Of a DNA stretch of 64,000 nt, positions 53,711-64,000 are shown piece after piece. The stretch is from Dendrobates tinctorius (lineage: Eukaryota). The position numbers and the translations under genes are program-made. Each line of letters opens with the position of its first letter. Within the stretch, counting starts at the first letter, position 1. The notes beneath the pieces were generated by a model. It was not told where the DNA came from and made no database searches. It saw only the letters and a program-made list of their open reading frames with translations. The stretch lies in the NCBI RefSeq assembly GCF_039654945.1, contig NW_027361897.1:9982001-10046000 (forward strand), written 5' to 3'.

Positions 53711-54347
53711 CTAAAAATAAGGAGAATGGTCATTTCTAAAAACATTTTATTGTAAATTATCTTAAAAGGGAACCAGACAGGTCCCCTCTGTCCTCCCAAC
53801 CACCAGCATTTGTATGATTGTTACTAAATACCCTGCCTATTCAGCCTTTTATAGTGTTTAACAACTAAATACAGATTTAAAAATTTTTTTTATAAATACT
53901 GATGAGCGGACATTTTCAGAAAACGTTCAACAATCTCAAATTTGGCATGAATGCAGCTCATTGGGATTTGTGTACAGATTTTCGAGCATTTTCCCTTAAA
54001 CCCGGCAAAATTCCGGGAACAGTTCAGTAATTGAAAGGGATTTCACTAATGCTTTGTTAGGACTTTGTCTTGAAGAGTGGTAATGAATTTTGAGTGGGGG
54101 GTCTTTAATGAAGGGATTTAATGGGGAGAGGTCAGAGGAGCGACGGCCTGTTTTTTTCTTTCTTTTTTAATTTTTTTTCTTCTTTATATTAACTTAATGT
54201 ATGCAGATTCAGGCAGCCAATCACAGCACAAATACCATCCACAATGACCAGACATAAGTGCTTCTGCTATTGGCTGCCAAAATCACATGTCCCTCTACAT
54301 ATAAAAAGCGAATATGTTTTTTGGGTGTCGTGATTTTGTCAGTGTAA

Positions 54348-54730
54348 AGGTACTGTCACGCTTAGCGATGTACCAGCGATCCCGACCAGCGATATGACGG
54401 GGTCAGGATCGCTGGTGCATCGCTAAGTGGTCGCTAGTGAGCTGCCACACAGGGAGATCTCACCAGCGAGATCGATGGGGTCGGGGGTCGCTACTTACCT
54501 GTCAGACGAGGCGATGAAGACATCCTCCTGCCCGCATCCACGCGTCGCTCATCTCTCCACAGGAAGCGCCGCAGGAAGCTGACGACGAGAAACAGTCCTG
54601 GACGTTCTCATGCGATCAGCGATAACCAGCGGGGGAGCGGGTCGTAGGTAAGTATCAGACATAGCAATATCGCTATAACGCACAAGTTATAGCTATATTG
54701 CTAGTGATATCGCTAAGTATGACAGTACCT
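54348..54730. mobile_element. MITE copy 14
   Basis: Same TIRs and site (383 bp). Confidence 0.85.
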
Positions 54731-55814
54731 TAGCAGTAGAGAGGCTGCTTCTATGGCTGTTGCAAGTTGTCAGATAGTTAGAAATGCAGTTTATTGTCAG
54801 CTACTTCAGTCAAATTGGATCCTGTGTAAAATCAACCTTCCATCATCTAAAATGATTGTGCTAACAGTTTGGTGCAGGCAGGAGGCCACATTTCCTTATC
54901 ACAATAACTTGGATTAATATTGTGGTGCAGGAAGGAGGCTACATTTCCTAATGAAAATCGTTTGGACTAACATTGTGGTGCAGGCAGGTGGCCATATTTC
55001 CTAATTAAAATTGTTTGGTCAAATATTGTGGTGCAGGCAGAAGGCCACATTTCCCAATCATGATGTTTTGGGCTAATATTGTGGTGCCAGCAATAGTCCA
55101 TGTTTCCTAATCAAACTTGTATGGGTCTGAAATTTTGTGGTTCAAAAAGGAGACCACATTTCTTTATCTAAATTATTTGTGCTAACATGGTTTTACAGAC
55201 AGTTTGTCATATTTCATAATCTAAATCCTTTCAGCTAATAGTGTGGTCCAGACAACAGCCTACATTTTTTAATCTCAATCATTTCTTACAAAAGTTTGGT
55301 CCATACACACTAAATCTTCTATTTTATTATTGCAGTGCATGCAGGAGGCAGAAGGCCACATTTCCTAATCTAAATCGTTTGTGCTAATATTCTGGTGCAG
55401 GCAGGAGGCCACATTTCCTAATCTAAATTGTGCTAAAATTCTAATGCAGGCAGGAGGACACATGTCCTAATCTAATATTAGCTGAATATTGGTTATTAAT
55501 AGTCAAACATAACATTTATAATTATTATGTGGAATAAAACACTGTAACAGAAACCCATCAGCATCTCATTATTGTGGTTTCAATACAACTCACAAAGGCA
55601 TCCTGCTACCACATAAAACCCCTTAACATTTTGGATTTAATGGAGAAGGAACCAAAGTACCTCCAGTCCATTAAGATTTTCTTAAAACATAAAATATTTA
55701 TTGTTTGAGTTACCCTTAGTTGTAGAAAATATGAAAATGTGGATTAATTTAACATCTATGCAAACAAAATGATGTGAGATCAATGAATAAGATTTCATCA
55801 TTTTGAAAATATAC

Positions 55815-56141
55815 CTGAGCATACAACTCCAACATCTTCATTATGTCCACAGTTATGTACTGTAAATGGTTGGTGTAGGCAGTCCCATACGCGTTGTTCA
55901 TTGCCGGTGCATTGCACATCATCCAATACAATTACTCCTTGTCCTTGGCCAAATGCAGCACTGCCATTAAATGCAAGAGCTTGGCCACAATTTAACTGCC
56001 GGCATACAACTTGTGCAGCATTCAGATCAAAATAATCATCACACACAGTTCCCCATGCTCCATTATAGAGGATTTCTACACGACCATTACATTGACCATT
56101 GCCATTTACCAGTCTTAAAGACAAGTCTGAACCTAGAGAAC
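55815..56141 (-). CDS. SRCR exon E24 (327 nt)
   Basis: 8-Cys SRCR, tandem acceptors. Confidence 0.9.
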
Positions 56142-57809
56142 CTAAAAAAAAGGAGAATGGTCATTTCTAAAAAGATTTTATTGTAAATTATCTTAAAAAG
56201 AACCAGAAAGGTCCTCTACGTGATCACAACCACCAGCATTTGTGTTATTGTTAATAAATACCCTGCTTTTTCATCCCTTAATAGTGTTTAACACCTAAAT
56301 GCAGATTAAAAAAAAATTATAAATAGCGATGAGCGGACTTTTTTGGAAAACATTCAACAATCTCAAATTTGGCAGGAAAGCAGCTCATTTGTATTTGTGT
56401 TTAGATTTATGAGCATTTTCCCTTAAAACTTGCAATATTCCGGGAACAGTTCAGTAAATGACCGTGATTCCGCTATCGCTTTGTTAGGACTTTTTCTTGA
56501 ACAGCGGTGCTGAATTTTGAGTGGGGGTCTTTAATGAGGGGATTTAATGTGGAGAGGTCAGAGAAGCAACTGACTGTTTTTCATTTCTTTCTTTTTCAAT
56601 TTTTTTTCTTCTTTATATTAACTTACAATGTGTAGATTCTGGCAGCCAATCACAGCACAAATACCATCCACAATGTCCAGACACAAGTGCTTCTGCAATT
56701 GGCTGCCAAAATCACATGTCCCTCTCCTTATAAAAAGCGAAGATGTTGTTGGGGGTGTCGCGATTTTGTCAGTGTAACAGAAGTGAGAGGCTTCTTCTAT
56801 GGCTGTTGCAAGTTGTCAGATAGTTAGAAATGCAGCTTATTGTCAGCTACTTAAGTTGTATAGAATCCTGTGTAAAATCAACCTTCCGTTATCTAAAATG
56901 ATTGTGCTAAGAGTTAGGAGGCCACATTTCCTAATTACAATAATTTGGATTAATATTGTCGTCCAGGAAGGAGGCTACATTTCCTAATGAACATCGTTTG
57001 GACTAACATCTTGCTTGGGCTAAAAATTTTAGGTTTAAAAAGGAGGCCTCATTTCTTTATCTAAATTATTTGTACTAATATGGTGTTACAGGCAGGTCTT
57101 CATATTTCAGAATCAAAATCCTTTCAGCTAATAGTGTGGTCCTGACACCAGCCTGCACTTTTTAATCTCAATCCTTTTTGACAATAGTTTAGTTCATACA
57201 CACTAAATCTTCTGTTCTATTATTGAAGTGCACGCAGGAGGCAGGAGACCATATTTTCTAATCTAAATTGTTTGTGCTACTATTGTGGTGCAGGCAGGAG
57301 GCCACATTTCCTAAACTAAATCGTTTGTGCTAATATTCTGGTGCAGGCATAATGCTACATTTCCTATTCTAAATCATTTGTGCCAATATTCTGGTGCAGT
57401 CAGGAGGCCATATTTCCTAATCTAAATTGTGCTAAAATTCTCATGCAGGCAGGAGGACACATGTTCCAATCTAATATTAGCTGAATATTGATTATTATTA
57501 GTCAAACAAAACATTAATAATTATTATGTAGATTAAAACCCTGTAACAGAAACCCATCAGCATCTCATTATTGTGGTGTCAATACACCTGACAAAGGCAT
57601 CCTATTACCATATAAAACCCCTTAACATTTTGGACTTAATGGGGAAGGAACCAAAGTACCTCCAGTCCATTAAGATTTTCTTACAAAAAAAACTATTGTT
57701 TGAGTTAACCTTAGTTGTAGAAAATATGAAAATGTGGATTAATTTAACATCTATGCAAACAAAATGATGTGAGATCACTGAATAAGATTTCATCATTTCG
57801 AAAATATAC

Positions 57810-58127
57810 CTGAGCAGACAACTCCAACATCTTCATTATGTCCACAGTTATGTACTGTAAATGGTTGGTGTAGGCAGTCCCATACGCGTTGTTCATTGCC
57901 GGTGCATTGCACGTCATCCAATACAATTACTCCTTGTCCTTGGCCAAATGCAGCACTGCCATTAAATGCAATAGCTTGGCCACAATTTAACTGCCGGCAT
58001 ACAACTTGTGCAGCATTCAGATCAAAATAATCATCACACACAGTTCCCCATGCTCCATTATAGAGGACTTCTACACGACCGTTACATTGACCATTGCCAT
58101 TTACCAGTCGTAAAGACAAGTCTGAAC
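57810..58127 (-). CDS. SRCR exon E25 (VEVL variant)
   Basis: 8-Cys SRCR, canonical splice sites. Confidence 0.92.
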
Positions 58128-58764
58128 CTAAAAATAAGGAGAATGGTCATTTCTAAAAACATTTTATTGTAAATTATCTTAAAAGGGAACCAGACAGGTC
58201 CCCTCTGTCCTCCCAACCACCAGCATTTGTATGATTGTTACTAAATACCCTGCCTATTCAGCCTTTTATAGTGTTTAACAACTAAATACAGATTTTAAAA
58301 ATTTTTTTATAAATACTGATGAGCGGACATTTTCAGAAAACGTTCAACAATCTCAAATTTGGCATGAATGCAGCTCATTGGGATTTGTGTACAGATTTTC
58401 GAGCATTTTCCCTTAAACCCGGCAAAATTCCGGGAACAGTTCAGTAATTGAAAGGGATTTCACTAATGCTTTGTTAGGACTTTGTCTTGAAGAGTGGTAA
58501 TGAATTTTGAGTGGGGGGTCTTTAATGAAGGGATTTAATGGGGAGAGGTCAGAGGAGCGACGGCCTGTTTTTTTCTTTCTTTTTTAATTTTTTTTCTTCT
58601 TTATATTAACTTAATGTATGCAGATTCAGGCAGCCAATCACAGCACAAATACCATCCACAATGACCAGACATAAGTGCTTCTGCTATTGGCTGCCAAAAT
58701 CACATGTCCCTCTACATATAAAAAGCGAATATGTTTTTTGGGTGTCGTGATTTTGTCAGTGTAA

Positions 58765-59148
58765 AGGTACTGTCACGCTTAGCGATGTACCAGCGATCCC
58801 GACCAGCGATATGACGGGGTCAGGATCGCTGGTGCATCGCTAAGTGGTCGCTAGTGAGCTGCCACACAGGGAGATCTCACCAGCGAGATCGATGGGGTCG
58901 GGGGTCGCTACTTACCTGTCAGACGAGGCGATGAAGACATCCTCCTGCCCGCATCCACGCGTCGCTCATCTCTCCACAGGAAGCGCCGCAGGAAGCTGAC
59001 GACGAGAAACAGTCCTGGACGTTCTCATGCGATCAGCGATAACCAGCGGGGGAGCGGGTCGTAGGTAAGTATCAGACATAGCAATATCGCTATAACGTCA
59101 CAAGTTATAGCTATATTGCTAGTGATATCGCTAAGTATGACAGTACCT
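58765..59148. mobile_element. MITE copy 15
   Basis: Same TIRs and site. Confidence 0.85.
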
Positions 59149-60231
59149 TAGCAGTAGAGAGGCTGCTTCTATGGCTGTTGCAAGTTGTCAGATAGTTAGA
59201 AATGCAGTTTATTGTCAGCTACTTCAGTCAAATTGGATCCTGTGTAAAATCAACCTTCCATCATCTAAAATGATTGTGCTAATAGTTTGGTGCAGGCAGG
59301 AGGCCACATTTCCTTATCACAATAACTTGGATTAATATTGTGGTGCAGGAAGGAGGCTACATTTCCTAATGAAAATCGTTTGGACTAACATTGTGGTGCA
59401 GGCAGGTGGCCATATTTCCTAATTAAAATTGTTTGGTCAAATATTGTGGTGCAGGCAGAAGGCCACATTTCCCAATCATGATGTTTTGGGCTAATATTGT
59501 GGTGCCAGCAATAATCCATGTTTCCTAATGAAACTTGTATGGGCTGAAATTTTGTGGTTCAAAAAGGAGACCACATTTCTTTATCTAAATTATTTGTGCT
59601 AATATGGTTTTACAGGCAGTTTGTCATATTTCATAATCTAAATCCTTTCAGCTAATAGTGTGGTCCAGACAACAGCCTACATTTTTTAATCTCAATCATT
59701 TCTTACAAAAGTTTGGTCCATACACAATAAATCTTCTATTTTATTATTGCAGTGCATGCAGGAGGCAGAAGGCCACATTTCCTAATCTAAATCGTTTGTG
59801 CTAATATTCTGGTGCAGGCAGGAGGCCACATTTCCTAACCTAAATTGTGCTAAAATTCTAATGCAGGCAGGAGGACACATGTCCTAATCTAATATTAGCT
59901 GAATATTGGTTATTAATAGTCAAACATAACATTTATAATTATTATGTGGAATAAAACACTGTAACAGAAACCCATCAGCATCTCATTATTGTGGTTTCAA
60001 TACAACTCACAAAGGCATCCTACTACCACATAAAACCCCTTAACATTTTGGATTTAATGGAGAAGGAACCAAAGTACCTCCAGTCCATTAAGATTTTCTT
60101 AAAACATAAAATATTTATTGTTTGAGTTACCCTTAGTTGTAGAAAATATGAAAATGTGGATTAATTTAACATCTATGCAAACAAAATGATGTGAGATCAA
60201 TGAATAAGATTTCATCATTTTGAAAATATAC

Positions 60232-60558
60232 CTGAGCAGACAACTCCAACATCTTCATTATGTCCACAGTTATGTACTGTAAATGGTTGGTGTAGGCAGT
60301 CCCATACGCGTTGTTCATTGCCGGTGCATTGCACATCATCCAATACAATTACTCCTTGTCCTTGGCCAAATGCAGCACTGCCATTAAATGCAAGAGCTTG
60401 GCCACAATTTAACTGCCGGCATACAACTTGTGCAGCATTCAGATCAAAATAATCATCACACACAGTTCCCCATGCTCCATTATAGAGGATTTCTACACGA
60501 CCATTACATTGACCATTGCCATTTACCAGTCTTAAAGACAAGTCTGAACCTAGAGAGC
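60232..60558 (-). CDS. SRCR exon E26 (327 nt)
   Basis: 8-Cys SRCR, tandem acceptors. Confidence 0.9.
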
Positions 60559-62369
60559 CTAAAAAAAAGGAGAATGGTCATTTCTAAAAACGTTTTATTG
60601 TAAATTATCTTAAAAAGAACCAGAAAGGTCCTCTACGTGATCACAACCACCAGCATTTGTGTTATTGTTAATAAATACCCTGCTTTTTCATCCCTTTATA
60701 GTGTAAACACCTAAATGCAGATTAAAAAAAAAAATTATAAATAGTGATGAGCGGACTTTTTTGGAAAACGTTCAACAATCTCAAATTTGGCAGGAAAGCA
60801 GCTCATTGGGATTTGTGTACAGATTTTCGAGCATTTTCCCTTAAACCCGGCAAAATTCCGGGAACAGATCAGTAATTGAAAGGGATTTCATTAATGCTTT
60901 GGTAGGACTTTGTCTTGAAGAGTGGTAATGAATTTTGAGTGGGGGGTCTTTAATGGGGGGATTTAATGGGGAGAGGTCAGAGGAGCGACGGACTGTTTAT
61001 CTTTCTTTATTTTTTAAAATTTTTTCTTCTTTATATTAACTTAATGTGTGTAGATTCAGGCAGCCCATCACAGCACAAATACCATCCACAATGTCCAGAC
61101 ACAAGTGCTTCTGCAATTGGCTGCCAAAATCACATGTCCCTCTCCTTATAAAAAGTGAAGATGTTGTTGGGGGTGTCCCGATTTTGTCAGTGTAACAGAA
61201 GTGAGAGGCTTCTTCTATGGCTGTTGCAAGTTGTCAGATAGTTAGAAATGCAGCTTATTGTCAGCTACTTAAGTTGTATAGAATCCTGTGTAAAATCAAC
61301 CGTCCGTTATCTAAAATGATTGTGCTAATAGTTAGGAGGCCACATTTCCTAATTACAATAATTTGGAATAATATTGTCGTCCAGGAAGGAGGCTACATTT
61401 CCTAATGAACATCGTTTGGACTAACATTGTGGTGCAGGCAGGATGTCATAATTCCTAATAAAAATTCTTTGGGCTAATATTGTGGAGCAGGCAGAAGACC
61501 ACATTTCCCAGTCATGATGTTCTGGGCTAATATTGTGTTGCCAGCAAGACTCCATGTTTCCGAATCAAACTTGCTTCGGCTAAAAATTTTTGGTTTGAAA
61601 AGGAGGCCTCATTTCTTTATCTAAATCATTTGTGCTAATATGGTGTTACAGGCTGGTCTTCATATTTCAGAATCTAAATCCTTTCAGCTAATAGTGTGGT
61701 CCTGACACCAGCCTGCACTTTTGAATCTCAATCCTTTTTGACAATAGTGTAGTTCATACACACTAAATCTTCTCTTCTATTATTGAAGTGCACGCAGGAG
61801 GCAGGAGACCATATTTCCTAATCTAAATTGTTTGTGCTACTATTGTGGTGCAGGCAGGAGGCCACATTTCCTAATCTAAATCGTTTGTGCTAATATTCTG
61901 GCGCAGGCATAATGCTACATTTCCTATTCTAAATCATTTGTGCCAATATTCTGGTGCAGTCAGGAGGCCATATTTCCTAATCTAAATTGTGCTAAAATTC
62001 TCATGCAGGCAGGAGGACACATGTCCCAATCTAATATTAGCTGAATATTGATTATTATTACTCAAACATAACATTAATAATTATTATGTAGATTAAAACC
62101 CTGTAACAGAAACCCTTCAGCATCTCATTATTGTTTTGTCAATACACCTGACAAAGGCATCCTATTACCATATAAAACCCCTTAACATTTTGGACTTAAT
62201 GGGGAAGGAACCAAAGTACCTCCAGTCCATTAATATTTTCTTATAAAAAAAACTATTGTTTGAGTTAACCTTAGTTGTAGAAAATATGAAAATGTGGATT
62301 AATTTAACATCTATGCAAACAAAATGATGTGAGATCACTGAATAAGATTAAATCATTTTGAAAATATAC

Positions 62370-62696
62370 CTGAGCAGACAACTCCAACATCTTCATTATG
62401 TCCACAGTTATGTACTGTAAATGGTTGGTGTAGGCAGTCCCATACGCGTTGTTCATTGCCGGTGCATTGCACATCATCCAATACAATTACTCCTTGTCCT
62501 TGGCCAAATGCAGCACTGCCATTAAATGCAAGAGCTTGGCCACAATTTAACTGCCGGCATACAACTTGTGCAGCATTCAGATCAAAATAATCATCACACA
62601 CAGTTCCCCATGCTCCATTATAGAGGATTTCTACACGACCATTACATTGACCATTGCCATTTACCAGTCTTAAAGACAAGTCTGAACCTAGAGAAC
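62370..62696 (-). CDS. SRCR exon E27 (327 nt; most 5' exon in window)
   Basis: 8-Cys SRCR, acceptor T7AG|GTTCTCTAG|GTTCAG. Confidence 0.9.
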
Positions 62697-64000
62697 CTAA
62701 AAAAAGGAGAATGGTCATTTCTAAAAACATTTTATTGTAAATTATCTTTAAAAGAACCAGAAAGGTCCTCTACGTGATCACAACCACCAGCATTTGTGTT
62801 ATTGTTAATAAATACCCTGCCTTTTCATCCCTTTATAGTGTTTAACACCTAAATGCAGATTAAAAAAAAAATTATAAATAGTGATGAGCGGACTTTTTTG
62901 GAAAACGTTCAACAATCTCAAATTTGGCAGGAAAGCAGCTCATTGGGATTTGTGTACAGATTTTCGAGCATTTTCCTTTAAACCCGGCAAAATTCCGGGA
63001 ACATTTCAGTAATTGAAAGGGATTTCATTAATGCTTTGGTAGGACTTTGTCTCGAAGAGTGGTAATGAATTTTGAGTGGGGGGTCTTTAATGGGGGGATT
63101 TAATGGGGAGAGGTCAGAGGAGCGACGGACTGTTTATCTTTCTTTATTTTTTAAAATTTTTTCTTCTTTATATTAACTTAATGTGTGTAGATTCAGGCAG
63201 CCCATCACAGCACAAATACCATCCACAATGACCAGACATAAGTGTTTCTGCAATTGGCTGCCAAAATCACATGTCCCTCTCCATATAAAAAGCGAATATG
63301 TTGTGTGGGTGTCGTGATGTTGTCAGTGTAACAGTAGAGAGAGGTTGCTTCTATGGCTGTTGCAAGTTGTCAGATAGTTAGAAATGCAGTTTATTGTCAG
63401 CTACTTCAGTTATATAGGATCCTGTGTAAATTCAACCTTCCATCATCTAAAATGATTGTGCTAATAGTTTGGTGCAGGCAGGAGGCCACATTTCCTTATC
63501 ACAATAACTTGGATTAATATTGTGGTGCAGGAAGGAGGCTACATTTCCTAATGAAAATCGTTTGGACTAACATTGTGGTGCAGGCAGGTGGCCATATTTC
63601 CTAATTAAAATTGTTTGGTCAAATATTGTGGTGCAGGCAGAAGGCCACATTTCCCAATCATGATGTTTTGGGCTAATATTGTGGTGCCAGCAATAGTCCA
63701 TGTTACCTAATCAAACTTGTATCGGCTGAAATTTTGTGGTTCAAAAAGGAGACCACATTTCTTTATCTAAATTATTTGTGCTATTATGGTTTTACAGGCA
63801 GTTTGTCATATTTCATAATCTAAATCCTTATAGCTAATAGTGTGGTCCAGACAACAGCCTACATTTTTTAATCTCAATCATTTCTTACAAAAGTTTGGTC
63901 CATACACACTAAATCTTCTATTTTATTATTGCAGTGCACGCAGGAGGCAGAAGGCCACATTTCCTAATCTAAATCGTTTGTGCTAATATTCTGGTGCAGG

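Larger units (their letters stand above)
1..64000 (-). other. Internal segment of a giant multi-SRCR (group B) gene, DMBT1/CD163-like; 27 tandem SRCR exons, gene extends beyond both window edges
   Basis: 27 copies of LRLVNG..CNGRVE(I/V)[18 protein letters not shown] (8 Cys), each complete copy bounded by TTTTTAG|GT and CAG|GT splice sites in phase 1. Confidence 0.93.
1..64000. repeat. Tandem array of ~2.0-2.4 kb exon+intron units (types A and B) with higher-order duplications
   Basis: Exon-to-exon spacings from the ORF track: 2418,2424,2139,2434,2140,2417,2140,5268,2424,2139,2434,2137,2418,2424,2137,2418,2424,2139,2373,2140,2425,1996,2422,1995,2422,2138. Confidence 0.97.

Noticed and set aside
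1-62696. Dscam-like mutually exclusive exon diversity system
   Set aside because: Exons are almost identical so little diversity would result, and no docking/selector structure was seen
1-64000. Assigning the gene symbol DMBT1
   Set aside because: CUB/ZP domains, SIDs and synteny are not visible, so orthology cannot be established

Overview
Vertebrate genomic DNA; the DNA-transposon families suggest an anuran amphibian (inference). The whole window lies inside one minus-strand gene made of a tandem array of 27 near-identical group B SRCR (scavenger receptor cysteine-rich, 8-Cys) exons of the DMBT1/CD163/WC1 type. 26 exons are complete and one is cut by the window edge. All are symmetric phase 1-1 exons of 318 or 327 nt with no stops or frameshifts, together about 2,900 aa. 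No signal-peptide exon, spacer (SID) exon or terminal exon is visible. Exons (E1-E27) and introns are numbered left to right, opposite to transcription. Exons recur every ~2.42 kb (type A intron, carrying a 384-bp PIF/Harbinger-like MITE; 15 copies) or ~2.14 kb (type B intron, empty site; 11 copies), in the order AABABABA*ABABAABAABABABABAB, with nested higher-order duplications at offsets of 4557, 6979, 4417 and 18962 bp. One intron (A*) carries a very recent 2845-bp non-autonomous hAT-like element with an 8-bp TSD; it is a foldback palindrome with a 1-nt spacer and a kappaB-like motif at its apex. Candidate regulatory features, all needing RNA data: tandem in-frame splice acceptors that could tune linker length; a weak donor with read-through stop and a type-A-only AATAAA that could give a ladder of isoform lengths; and a MITE-borne cryptic exon on both strands.
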